Source: Thermoplasmata archaeon (GTDB taxonomy: Archaea; Thermoplasmatota; Thermoplasmata; Lutacidiplasmatales; UBA184). Taken from it: a stretch of DNA of 60,954 bases. Under the pieces are notes generated by a model. It was not told where the DNA came from, made no database searches, and saw only the letters and a list, made by a program, of their open reading frames with translations. The position numbers were made by a program, and so were the translations under genes. Each line of letters opens with the position of its first letter. Position 1 is the stretch's first letter. Of this stretch, positions 18,374 through 27,579 are shown in pieces. The DNA is taken from NCBI GenBank assembly GCA_030040035.1, contig JASHUJ010000075.1, positions 1-60,954 of the forward strand. Direction: 5' to 3'.

Positions 18374-19530
18374 GCGAGTCGCTCGTCGCCCGGTCGCTCG
18401 AGTTCGGCCAGCCAGCCCGCGGCCGTCTCACGATCGTTCGGGCCCAAGGGGCCCGGCTCTGGGGCGCCGACGGCCGGGAGTTCGTCGATCTGGGCGCGAC
18501 GCACGGAGCCGGCAGTCTCGGGGCGGCCCACCCGGAAGTGGCGCGGGCGGTCGCCGCTCAAGCGCGCGAACTCCTCTACCTCGGCAGCGGTTACTCGAAT
18601 CCGGTCCGGACCGCCTTCCTGGAGCGACTGCTCTCCCTCCTTCCGAGCTCCTTCACCCGGGTGTTCCTGTCCAATTCGGGGGCCGAGGCGGTCGAGGCCG
18701 GTCTCAAGGCCGCCCGATCGGCGACGGGACGGCCGGGGATCGTCGCCGCGATGCGGGGGTTCCACGGACGGACGTTCGGGGCCCTGAGCGCGACCTGGCG
18801 TCGGGAGCTGCGCGAGCCGTTCGAGCCGCTCGTGCCGGGGTTCGCTCACGTTCCGTTCAACGATGCGGCCGCGCTCGACGAGGCCGTCGACGAGTCGACC
18901 GCGTTGGTCCTGCTCGAGCCGGTCCAGGGGGAAGGGGGCGTGCACGTCGCGACGGCCGAGTACCTGCGAGCCGCGCGCGCTGCCTGCGATCGGACAGGGG
19001 CGCTCCTCGCGTTCGACGAAGTTCAGACCGGGATCGGCCGGACGGGCCGGCTCTTCGCCTTCGAGCGATGGGGCGTCGTCCCGGACGTGCTGCTGCTGGC
19101 GAAGTCGCTGGCGGGCGGCGTGCCGATCGGTGCGACGGTCACCACCGAGGAGGTCGCCCGGCGCTTCCGGGGGACCCATCATTCGACCTTCGGCGGCAAC
19201 CCGCTCGCGTGCGCGGCCGGCCTCGCCGCGCTCGAGGTCACCGTGCGCGAGCATCTCCCGGCGCGCGCCGAGGCGCTGGGAGCGATCGGTCGCCGCCACC
19301 TCGAGGCGCTCCCCGGCCCCAAGGTCCGCGAGGTCCGCGGGCTCGGCCTCCTGCTGGGCGTCGAGCTGCGCGAGCGGGTCGCGCCGTACCTGGCGGCGCT
19401 CGAACGCCGGGGCTATCTCGCGATCTCCGCCGGCCCGAGCGTCCTTCGCCTGCTTCCGCCGCTCACGATCCCCGACGCCGATTGGGACGCGGGCCTCCGC
19501 GCGATCGCGGAGGTGGTCGCCGGTGGATGA
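18370..19530 (+). CDS. lysJ: acetylornithine/LysW-gamma-L-lysine aminotransferase (class III PLP)
   Basis: ATGA overlap with lysZ. SNSGAEAVEAGLKAAR, FDEVQTGIGRTGRLFAFE, LLLAKSLAGGVPIG (PLP Lys). Confidence 0.9.
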   Translation: MSESLVARSLEFGQPARGRLTIVRAQGARLWGADGREFVDLGATHGAGSLGAAHPEVARAVAAQARELLYLGSGYSNPVRTAFLERLLSLLPSSFTRVFLSNSGAEAVEAGLKAARSATGRPGIVAAMRGFHGRTFGALSATWRRELREPFEPLVPGFAHVPFNDAAALDEAVDESTALVLLEPVQGEGGVHVATAEYLRAARAACDRTGALLAFDEVQTGIGRTGRLFAFERWGVVPDVLLLAKSLAGGVPIGATVTTEEVARRFRGTHHSTFGGNPLACAAGLAALEVTVREHLPARAEALGAIGRRHLEALPGPKVREVRGLGLLLGVELRERVAPYLAALERRGYLAISAGPSVLRLLPPLTIPDADWDAGLRAIAEVVAGG

Positions 19531-20584
19531 GCTCGACGCGCTCGAGCGGCTCGTCCGAACGTACAGTCCCTCGGGTCGAGAACGCGGCGCGGTGAGAGAA
19601 TTCGTTCGGATCGCCCGCTCGCTCGGCTACGTGTCGCGCGTCGACGCGGCGGGCAACGGGATCGCGCGGCGCGGGGCCGGCCGGCCCCGGATCGTGTTCC
19701 TCGGGCACATCGACACGGTCGACGGCGAGATCCCGATCCGTCGGACTGCGGGCCACCTCGCCGGCCGCGGCGCGGTCGACGCGAAGGCGGCGCTCGTCGC
19801 CGCGCTCTTGGCCGGCCGGGATGCCAGCGGTCCCGGAGCCTACTGCGTGGTCGCGGCGGTGGGCGAAGAGACGGACAGCCGGGGGGCGCGCCACGTCATG
19901 GCCGGGACCCGACCCGACGCCCTGATCGCGGGCGAACCGAGCGGCTGGGACGGGCTCACGATCGGTTACAAGGGCATGGTCCGGATCGAAGCGGCGTTCC
20001 GCGGGTCCCGGACCCACTATTCGTCGCCCTACCTGACGTCGATGGATCGCGCCCTCCAGTGGGTGGGGTTGGTCCGAAGCTTCGTCGCCGAACGGCGCGG
20101 GTCCACGCCGTTCCACTCGCTCACCATGAAGGTCGTCGGACTCTCGTCCTCCGCGGACCGAGGGATCGAGATCGCCCGGATCTCGGTCGACCTGCGCGTG
20201 CCCCCCGGCTGCTCGACCGCGGCGCTCGTCGCCGCGCTGCCCGGCGGCACGCGGGCCGACTCGGTCCGTGTCCGCGTCCGGATCGAGCCGGTCGAGGTCG
20301 AACGGTCGAATCCCGTCGTCGTCGCGCTGGTCGCGGGGATCCGCGCCCAGGGGGGCCGGCCCACGCTCTGGCGGAAGGGCGGCACCTCGGACCTCAACCT
20401 CGCGGTGCGCGCGTGGGGGGTCCCGGCCGCGGCCTACGGACCGGGCGACGCCCGGCTCGATCACACGGATCGCGAGCGGATTTCTCGCGGGGAGCTCGGT
20501 CGGTCGATCGCCGTGCTGCGGATCGCGATCGAGCGGATCCGCCGCGGGGCGCTCACTCCTCGACGATCGGTCGCCGGTGCTTGA
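19523..20584 (+). CDS. lysK: LysW-lysine/ornithine hydrolase (ArgE/DapE M20 family)
   Basis: GTG at 19523 overlaps the lysJ end. LERLVRTYSPSGRERGAVREF...FLGHIDTV...GRGAVDAKAALVAAL...AVGEETDSRG. Confidence 0.85.
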   Translation: MDELDALERLVRTYSPSGRERGAVREFVRIARSLGYVSRVDAAGNGIARRGAGRPRIVFLGHIDTVDGEIPIRRTAGHLAGRGAVDAKAALVAALLAGRDASGPGAYCVVAAVGEETDSRGARHVMAGTRPDALIAGEPSGWDGLTIGYKGMVRIEAAFRGSRTHYSSPYLTSMDRALQWVGLVRSFVAERRGSTPFHSLTMKVVGLSSSADRGIEIARISVDLRVPPGCSTAALVAALPGGTRADSVRVRVRIEPVEVERSNPVVVALVAGIRAQGGRPTLWRKGGTSDLNLAVRAWGVPAAAYGPGDARLDHTDRERISRGELGRSIAVLRIAIERIRRGALTPRRSVAGA

Positions 20585-21428
20585 CGAACTCGCCGCTCCG
20601 CAGTTCGCGCATCGCGGTGGCGAGTTCGTCCGGCCGATTCATGACGATCGGACCGTACCAGGCGACCGGCTCGTGGAGCGGACGGCCCGTGACGAGGAGG
20701 AACCGAGCGCCCCGGTCGGACGCGTGCATCCGGACGGACACGCCGGGGGCGAACAGGGCGGTCTCCCCCCGGTCGAGTGGTTGGGCATCGCGGCCCTCGA
20801 ACGTCCCGACCCCTTCGATCCCGTGGACGAAGGCGGTGTGGTCCGGGTGGGTCGCGAGCTCGAACGAACCTCCGGCCGGGACCCGAACGTCGAGATACGT
20901 CGGATCGACGGGGATCCCCCGGACCGGGCCCTCGACGGCTCCGAACGTCCCGGCAACGACCTTGACCCGGCTCCCCGCGTCCGTCGTCACCTCGGGAATG
21001 TCGCCGGCGGAGAGGCCCCGGTACGCCGGGTCGCTCATCTTCTCCTTCGCGGGGAGATTGACCCAGAGCTGGAAACCGGACATCGGGCCCTCGGTGCGCT
21101 GCGGCATCTCCTGATGGATGATCCCACTGCCCGAGTTCATCCACTGAACATCGCCGGCGCCGATCACCCCCGAGTTGCCGAGCGTGTCGCCGTGGGCGAC
21201 CCGCCCGTCGAGCACGTAGGTGACGGTCTCGATGCCGCGGTGCGGGTGCCAGGGAAATCCGGCGAGATAGTCCGCCGGGTTCGACGAGCCGAACCGGTCC
21301 AGGAGCAGGAATGGGTCGAAGAGAGGCACTTCGGGGTTGGCGAACGACCGGCGGAGGCGCACGCCCGCGCCCTCCACGGTGGGAACGCCCGGAAATCGGT
21401 GGGCGATCGAACGTACGGGGTCGGGCAC
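20553..21428 (-). CDS. pirin-family protein
   Basis: GFPWHPHRGIETVTYVLDGRVAHGDTLGNSGVIGAGDVQWMNSGSGIIHQE. GTG at 21428 is preceded by gaggtaagg. The 3' end overlaps lysK convergently by 32 nt. Confidence 0.85.
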   Translation of the reverse strand: MPDPVRSIAHRFPGVPTVEGAGVRLRRSFANPEVPLFDPFLLLDRFGSSNPADYLAGFPWHPHRGIETVTYVLDGRVAHGDTLGNSGVIGAGDVQWMNSGSGIIHQEMPQRTEGPMSGFQLWVNLPAKEKMSDPAYRGLSAGDIPEVTTDAGSRVKVVAGTFGAVEGPVRGIPVDPTYLDVRVPAGGSFELATHPDHTAFVHGIEGVGTFEGRDAQPLDRGETALFAPGVSVRMHASDRGARFLLVTGRPLHEPVAWYGPIVMNRPDELATAMRELRSGEFVKHRRPIVEE

Positions 21429-21564
21429 TTTCCTTACCTCGCACCATCGAATTACTCGGAGTAACTTAAAGGGCGAGGGAAGTCCCGGCCACTTGCTGGT
21501 CCGCCGGCCGCGGGGACCACGGGCTCGAACCAATCCTAAAGCCGAGCAGAGGGTACCCCGCACG

Positions 21565-22461
21565 GTGGGCGCGACGTTCTGCTCCTTTTGCGGTCGGCCT
21601 CTCCCTCCGGTGGGTACGTTCTGCCCCTACTGCGGCGCCGCGCGCGCGAGCGGGCCCCCGGGCCCGGGCGGCGGACCGGCCGCTCCGTCCGGGTATGCGG
21701 CCCCACCCTCGGCCCCGGTGGGCCCCGGGTACTTGGCCCCCCCGCTCCTGCCCGCGGGCGCGGTGCCGGCGCTGCCGATCCCCAACCCGGCGACCCGAGC
21801 GTCGGACCTCGCCGGACTCTCCCGCGTCGAGCTCGCCGCGATCCTCTCCCTCGTGACCGCCCTCGTCGGCGTCGTGGTGGACTTTACCGGCGGCCTCTCG
21901 AACCTGTTCACGGTGACCCGCACTCCGACGGGGACGACCATCTCGCTCCCGCCCGAGGGATTCTGGATCGGCGTGATCGTCGTCGAGGCGGTCCTCGGGC
22001 TCGTGGTAATCCTCCTCTATCGCGCGGCCTTCCGGGACCTCGCCCGCGTCGACCGGAGATTTGCGAGCCCCGCAAGCTTCGCGCTGGTCGCCTTCATCGG
22101 GGTGATCCTCGCGGTCACGGGCGCGGCGTTGACGCTCGACGCGCTGTACCGCGCCGTCCAGTGCGCTGGTGCCGGCCATCCGCTCACCTCCGCGTGCCTG
22201 CCGCTCGGCAGCCTGTTCGGCGGAATCGCGCTCGTGGTGATCGGCGGGATCGCTGCGCTGGTCGGGTACCTCGGCATCCTGATCGGCGTCTGGCGGCTCG
22301 GCACGCGGTTCGACGAGGCGGCGTTCAAGGTCGGAGCGATCCTGCTGATCTTGCCGTTGCTCAACATCGTCGGCGCGATCCTCATCCTGATCGGGGCACG
22401 CGCGGGACGTCGGAAGGTCACGGGATTCCCCGGTGCGCCGGCCCCTCCCGGCTTCTTCTGA
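21565..22461 (+). CDS. membrane protein with N-terminal zinc ribbon (DUF973-like by eye)
   Basis: GTG at 21565. CSFCGRPLPPVGTFCPYCG, then a Pro/Gly-rich linker and about 5 TM helices. Confidence 0.55.
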   Translation: MGATFCSFCGRPLPPVGTFCPYCGAARASGPPGPGGGPAAPSGYAAPPSAPVGPGYLAPPLLPAGAVPALPIPNPATRASDLAGLSRVELAAILSLVTALVGVVVDFTGGLSNLFTVTRTPTGTTISLPPEGFWIGVIVVEAVLGLVVILLYRAAFRDLARVDRRFASPASFALVAFIGVILAVTGAALTLDALYRAVQCAGAGHPLTSACLPLGSLFGGIALVVIGGIAALVGYLGILIGVWRLGTRFDEAAFKVGAILLILPLLNIVGAILILIGARAGRRKVTGFPGAPAPPGFF

Positions 22462-22530
22462 ACCCGCGCTGCCCCGCCACGACGCGCGCGACCCAGAGTC
22501 CGGATCGTCCGCGAGGATCCCCGGGCCCGC

Positions 22531-23499
22531 TCAGGCGAGCAGGTGGGTCGCCCGGAAGGCGAGCACGACGCCGTAGCCCAACGCGGCCCCCGAGACCGGT
22601 CCGAGCGCCCAGCCGGTGAGTACCCCCCGCACGGTCTTCCAGAGCACGGTCCGGTGGCGTCGCGCCATCCCCGTGCCGATCATCGCTCCGACGAGTGCCT
22701 GGTTCATCGACGTGAAGAAGCCGAAGGCGACCGCGACCAGGATCACGATCGACTGGGCCAGCTGGGCACTGATCGCCATCCGCGCGTCGAGCTGGACCAG
22801 GTCGAACGCCACGGCCTTGAGGAGCGGACGCCCCCAAGTAAGGACCCCGAGCGCGAGCCCGACTCCCCCGACCAGACCCGCGAGCATCAGGCCCAGGAGA
22901 CCGGTCATGACGAAGGCGCCCGAGGCGTTCGAGACGTCGTTGGCCCCCATCGCGAAGGAGGCGGCGGCCCCGACCCCGACGAGGCCGACGACCGCCGCGT
23001 GCGCGAGGTCCCGGGCGCGGGGGCCCGGCGGCCGCATCCGGTCCGCCACGCGAACGACGACGTAGCCCAGCGCGAAGGCGGCGAACGGTGCACTGGCCCA
23101 GACGACGAGCAGCGTACCGATCGTCCCCCAGTCGATCCCGATCCCCGCCGCGAAGCCCGCTCCGACGGCCGAGAAGACCAGGATCTGGATCGTCGACGTC
23201 GGCAGCGTGAGGAAGTTGTACGCGCTCGTGAGCGCGAGGGCGCTCACGATGATCGCGAGCGCGAGGCCGAGGGCGACCCGTGATGAAAGGAGAATGCCGT
23301 GGCCCACGGTCGTCTCGACCGCCCCGCTCGCGAAGACCGCTCCGAGGAGGGCGAGCGGGGCCATCAGGAGAAGCGCCCGGCCGGGCCGGATCGCTCCGGC
23401 GGCATAGGGCATTCCCATGCAGGCACCCGTGTAGTGGGCGCCGATACTGATCGCGAAGCCGAACGCGGCCGCGATGAGGACGTAGGCGATCAGCAGCAT
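22531..23499 (-). CDS. inorganic phosphate transporter, PiT family
   Basis: Polytopic, with the GANDVSNA signature. Confidence 0.9.
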   Translation of the reverse strand: MLLIAYVLIAAAFGFAISIGAHYTGACMGMPYAAGAIRPGRALLLMAPLALLGAVFASGAVETTVGHGILLSSRVALGLALAIIVSALALTSAYNFLTLPTSTIQILVFSAVGAGFAAGIGIDWGTIGTLLVVWASAPFAAFALGYVVVRVADRMRPPGPRARDLAHAAVVGLVGVGAAASFAMGANDVSNASGAFVMTGLLGLMLAGLVGGVGLALGVLTWGRPLLKAVAFDLVQLDARMAISAQLAQSIVILVAVAFGFFTSMNQALVGAMIGTGMARRHRTVLWKTVRGVLTGWALGPVSGAALGYGVVLAFRATHLLA

Positions 23500-23658
23500 G
23501 GATTGGCTCGGTCCCGGTGCCCCCGGACGGATCTCCTCCCGCCCACCGGGTTTCGCGGTTTAGGCCTATCCGGGGGGACCCGCGCATCGGCTCTCGGGTC
23601 CGCCGGCCGTTTCGCCCTCTCGGCTCGGCCTTAAGTCGCGGCGGGCCCACGACCCGCG

Positions 23659-24993
23659 GTGGGCTTGGAGCCGCAGACGCCGGATCGGACCGGTCCGTCG
23701 GGACCGCCGCGGCCGGCGACGTTGCGGAAGGCGATCCGGACCCGTCACGCGATCGCGCTCTACGTGGGCTCCGTACTCGGGTCCGGTATCCTCGTGCTGC
23801 CGGGGCTCGCCGCCCGGATCGCAGGCCCGGGCTCGCTCCTCGCGTGGGGGCTGCTCGCGGTCGCGAGCCTCCCATTCGCCCTCACGTTCGCCGCGCTCTC
23901 GGCGCGGCATCCGGAGTCCGGGGGGATCTATGGGTTCGCGCGCGAAGCCTTTGGCCCGACGGCCGCGCTCGTTTCGGGCTGGCTCTTCGGCCTCTGGGAG
24001 GCGACCGGGGCGCCGGCCGTCGCCCTGATCGCCGCCGCATACCTCGGCTACGCCTTCCCGCTCGACCGGCCCGAGACGTTCGTTTTCGGCTACGCGATCG
24101 TCGCGACGGCGATCCTGGTGAACTACCGCGGGATCGTGCTCAGCACCCGGGTCCAGCTCGCGGTGATCGTCTCGATCCTGGCCCTCTTGGTCGTCGCGGT
24201 CGTCCTCGCCGGCGCGCGGGTGAGCGCAGCGAACTTCGTGCCGTTCCTCCCGTACGGCCTCGTGCCGGTCGGTACGGCCGCCGCCCTCATCTTCTGGTCG
24301 TTCCTGGGCTACGAGAACGTTCCGAACGTCGCGGAGGAGTTCGAGGACCCCGCCCGCGATTTCCCCCGCAGCGTCTACGCGAGCGTCGGGATCATCGGGG
24401 CGCTCTACCTCGCCGTGGCCCTCGTCACCGTCGGAACCGACGCGTACGCGGCCGGCGGGGGAGTGGCGCCGTTCGCCGTGCTGCTCGGCCACGTCGTCGG
24501 CCCGTTCGGCGCGGAGGCGACCGCGATCCTCGCGGTGTTCATCATCTTCGGGGTGGTCAACGCCTACACGACCGGCTTCTCTCGCGTGTTCTACGCGGCC
24601 GCCCGGGACGGGGTGTTCCCCCGATCGTTCGCCACCCTCGATCCTCGGACCCGGGTGCCGCGACGGGTCCTGCTCGGCATGCTCGGGGCATCCTCGCTGG
24701 TGTTCGTGGCGTACTTTGCGTTCTCCATCGATCTCACGACCGCTCTCCTCTTCGCGAGCGGAGCGGCGATCCTGCTGTACGTCATCGGTTCGGCCGCGGC
24801 GGTCCGGCTCCGGCCCCCGCTCGGCGCGCGCGATCGGCCCCTGCGCTGGTTGCCCTGGATCTCGCTCGCCATCTCGCTCCTCGTGCTCCCGTTCATCGGG
24901 TGGCCGGCGCTGGCGGCGTTCGGGGTCGCCGTCGCGGCGCTCGTGTATGCCCGGTGGGTCCGCCCGGGGCCGCGACCCGCGATCCCGAGTTGA
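23659..24993 (+). CDS. APC-family amino acid permease
   Basis: 12-TM-type protein. AIALYVGSVLGSGILVLPG, FWSFLGYENVPNVAEE. Confidence 0.85.
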   Translation: MGLEPQTPDRTGPSGPPRPATLRKAIRTRHAIALYVGSVLGSGILVLPGLAARIAGPGSLLAWGLLAVASLPFALTFAALSARHPESGGIYGFAREAFGPTAALVSGWLFGLWEATGAPAVALIAAAYLGYAFPLDRPETFVFGYAIVATAILVNYRGIVLSTRVQLAVIVSILALLVVAVVLAGARVSAANFVPFLPYGLVPVGTAAALIFWSFLGYENVPNVAEEFEDPARDFPRSVYASVGIIGALYLAVALVTVGTDAYAAGGGVAPFAVLLGHVVGPFGAEATAILAVFIIFGVVNAYTTGFSRVFYAAARDGVFPRSFATLDPRTRVPRRVLLGMLGASSLVFVAYFAFSIDLTTALLFASGAAILLYVIGSAAAVRLRPPLGARDRPLRWLPWISLAISLLVLPFIGWPALAAFGVAVAALVYARWVRPGPRPAIPS

Positions 24994-25017
24994 TCCGGCG
25001 GGCGCCCCCGCGACCGT

Positions 25018-26556
25018 CTACGTTCCGTTGGCGGGCCCCCCGCCGCCGGCGAGGGGGCGATCGCCCCCGGCGGGCGCGGGGAGATCCCGTCCGCGCAACC
25101 AGGCGAAGAGGGCGGCGGTCGCGAGGATCGCGGCCGATCCGTAGAGCGCGGCATGGATGCCGCCCACGAACTGCGCTCCCAGCCCGCCGGCGAGGCTCGC
25201 CGTGCCGAGGAAGACCTCGTACGCGACGTAGCGCGGCACGCTCGCCGACGCGATCGTGAGCGCGAGGACGAAGCTGAGCAGGGTCCCCATGTTCGAGAGC
25301 GTGCCGCGCAATCCCGAGATCGAACCGAGCGCCGACGGGGGCGCCCGGCTCATGATCGCGGAGGTGTTCGCCGGATAGAACATCCCGGCCCCGACCCCTT
25401 GGATGAGCGAGATCACCGGGATCCAGCCGAGCCACGTGGTCACCGTGAGGGTGGAATAGCACAGGACGGTGAGCGTCAGCGCGACCACCCCGCCGGTCAT
25501 GAGGACGCGCGTGCCGAACCGGTCGACCCGCCGACCGAACGTCGGGCCGAGGACCGCGCCGACGATGTACCCCGGCACGAGGAGGAGCGACGCGTTGAGC
25601 GGCGAGAGGCCGCGAACGCCCTGGAGATACATCGTGAGCAGGAAGATCACGGACAGGTAGCCGAGGGCCTGGAGGAAGCCGGCCGCGAGCGAACAGCCCA
25701 GCACCCGGTCGCGCAGCACTCGGAGGTCGACCATGGGGCGGGCCGTCTTGAGCTCGACCGCCGCGAACGCGGGGATCAGCACGAGCCCGATCCCGACGTA
25801 CAGGAGGTACGTCATCGTGACGCCGAACGAGGCGATCTCGATCGCTCCGTAACAGATCAGGGTCAGCGCGCTCGAGAAGAGCAAGAAGCCCGGCACGTCG
25901 AACGCGACCTTGGTGCGTTGGGTCCGGGGCAACGTGCGGAGGCCGAGCGCGACGGCGACGATGCCGATCGGGATGTTGATGAAGAAGATGTAGCGCCAGC
26001 CGATCAGCGTCGTGATCACGCCGCCGAGGAGGATCCCGAGGATCGCCCCGACGCTGTAGCCGAACACGATGAACCCGAAGGCCCGTCCCCGACGGGACGG
26101 CGGGATCGACGCGGTGATCACCGCGGAGGCATTCGCCCAGAGGATCGCTCCGCCGATCGCCTGGACGGCGCGCGAGACGATCAGGATCTCGGCGTTGGGG
26201 GCCAGGCCGCAGAGCGCCGAGCCGATCGTGAAGATCACGAAGCCCGCGTTGTAGACGAGGCCGCGGCCGAGCACGTCGCCGAGACGGCCGGCCTGGGTCG
26301 TGAGGGCGGTCGTGATCAGGAGATAGATGAGGATCGTCCAAATGATCGTCTCGAGCGGGGCGGAGAGCTCCCGCGCCATCGTCGGAAGCGCAAGGATCAC
26401 GATCGTGCTGTCGACGGCCACCATGAGGATCCCGATCGTGGTGAGCACGAGGATGCTCGCCTCGCGTCGGGCGATCGCACGTTCGTTCTCCGCGGCAGGT
26501 CCCGGTGCGGCGCCCGCGGCCGGGGCGAGCGCGGGGGAGACGGGGTCGGGCGCCAT
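25018..26556 (-). CDS. MFS transporter, DHA2 (EmrB/QacA-like, 14 TM)
   Basis: LPTMARELSA..., GRLGDVLGRGLVY (motif A-like); the length and TM count fit DHA2. Confidence 0.85.
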   Translation of the reverse strand: MAPDPVSPALAPAAGAAPGPAAENERAIARREASILVLTTIGILMVAVDSTIVILALPTMARELSAPLETIIWTILIYLLITTALTTQAGRLGDVLGRGLVYNAGFVIFTIGSALCGLAPNAEILIVSRAVQAIGGAILWANASAVITASIPPSRRGRAFGFIVFGYSVGAILGILLGGVITTLIGWRYIFFINIPIGIVAVALGLRTLPRTQRTKVAFDVPGFLLFSSALTLICYGAIEIASFGVTMTYLLYVGIGLVLIPAFAAVELKTARPMVDLRVLRDRVLGCSLAAGFLQALGYLSVIFLLTMYLQGVRGLSPLNASLLLVPGYIVGAVLGPTFGRRVDRFGTRVLMTGGVVALTLTVLCYSTLTVTTWLGWIPVISLIQGVGAGMFYPANTSAIMSRAPPSALGSISGLRGTLSNMGTLLSFVLALTIASASVPRYVAYEVFLGTASLAGGLGAQFVGGIHAALYGSAAILATAALFAWLRGRDLPAPAGGDRPLAGGGGPANGT

Positions 26557-26663
26557 CGCAGGGAATAGATCGGGCCGCTAGGACACGACGTTGCTGATAA
26601 GCTGGGCGCCGCGGACGCTTACCCGGTGGTCAGCAGCGGTCGCCCGCACCACGTCCGACGAGT

Positions 26664-27488
26664 TCAGATCGCGTTGACCGCGAACCCGAGGGCGAAGCCG
26701 AGCATCGCCCCGATGTAGACGAGCTGATTGCGCCGGATCGACGCCTCCCGCGACTCGAGCGGGCGGAACGCCACCCGCAGCATGGGCAGGATGACGTAGG
26801 CGATCGCACCGATCGCGAGCGCGTCGAAGATCACGATGAAGAGGGCGTTGCTCCAGAAGTACCCGATCGCCCCGCCCACCAGGGTCGGCAGCCCGCCGAC
26901 GAGGAACAGACCGGCCATCATCGCCACGCCGCGGCGCGCGTCCGTGCCCAGGAACGGTGAGGCGATCGGGAAGCCTTCGGTCACGTTCTGGAGGAAGAAG
27001 CCGACGAAGACGACGGCGAGGATCCCGAGCGCGCCCGCGGTCCAGTTGACGCCGAAAACGAGGCCCTCGGTGAGGTTCTGGAGTCCGATGCCGAGGGCGA
27101 TGATCAGCGCGGTATTGCGCGGCCGGGCTTCCGCGCCGGGCGCAGCATCGTCCGACTTTGCGCCGCGCGGGGCGAGGTGGGGCAGGTTGTCGACGAAGTA
27201 CAACGCGAGGAATGCGGCGACGAAGGCGAGCCCGAACGCGATCGAGTAGGTGACGTTCGCGACGTAGCCGCTCGGATAGAGGATGGTCGAGACGTCGGAG
27301 AAGACGTCCGCGAGCAGGAAGATGAGGATCCCGATCGCGGCGGCGTTGAGCCCGACGGCCCAGCGACCCTGCGCCCGCTTGCTGTACACGATCGGCAGCG
27401 ACAGGAAGATCGAGAGGCCCATCGCGGCGGTCAGCGCCATGAAGATCGCGAAGTCGTTCATCCGTGCGTCCGTCCCCGATTTCCGCAC
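26664..27488 (-). CDS. ZIP-family divalent metal transporter
   Basis: GIGLQNLTEGLVFG and FFLQNVTEGFPIA (HN/QNxxEG-type ZIP motifs), 8 TM. Confidence 0.75.
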   Translation of the reverse strand: MRKSGTDARMNDFAIFMALTAAMGLSIFLSLPIVYSKRAQGRWAVGLNAAAIGILIFLLADVFSDVSTILYPSGYVANVTYSIAFGLAFVAAFLALYFVDNLPHLAPRGAKSDDAAPGAEARPRNTALIIALGIGLQNLTEGLVFGVNWTAGALGILAVVFVGFFLQNVTEGFPIASPFLGTDARRGVAMMAGLFLVGGLPTLVGGAIGYFWSNALFIVIFDALAIGAIAYVILPMLRVAFRPLESREASIRRNQLVYIGAMLGFALGFAVNAI

Positions 27489-27533
27489 TCCGAGGTGAGT
27501 ATTTAATCGATGCGTTCGTGACAGCGCTACACT

Positions 27534-27554
27534 TTAATTCACGGTGTGAATTAA
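27534..27554. promoter_or_regulatory. perfect 9-3-9 palindrome (candidate operator) in ZIP/regulator divergent promoter
   Basis: TTAATTCAC-GGT-GTGAATTAA. It sits in a 91-nt AT-rich intergenic region and overlaps TTTAAT/ATTAA TATA-like elements 26-46 nt upstream of the regulator start. A second TATTTAA lies at 27500-27506. Confidence 0.6.
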
Positions 27555-27579
27555 CGCACGTCCGGGGGACGGTCACAGC

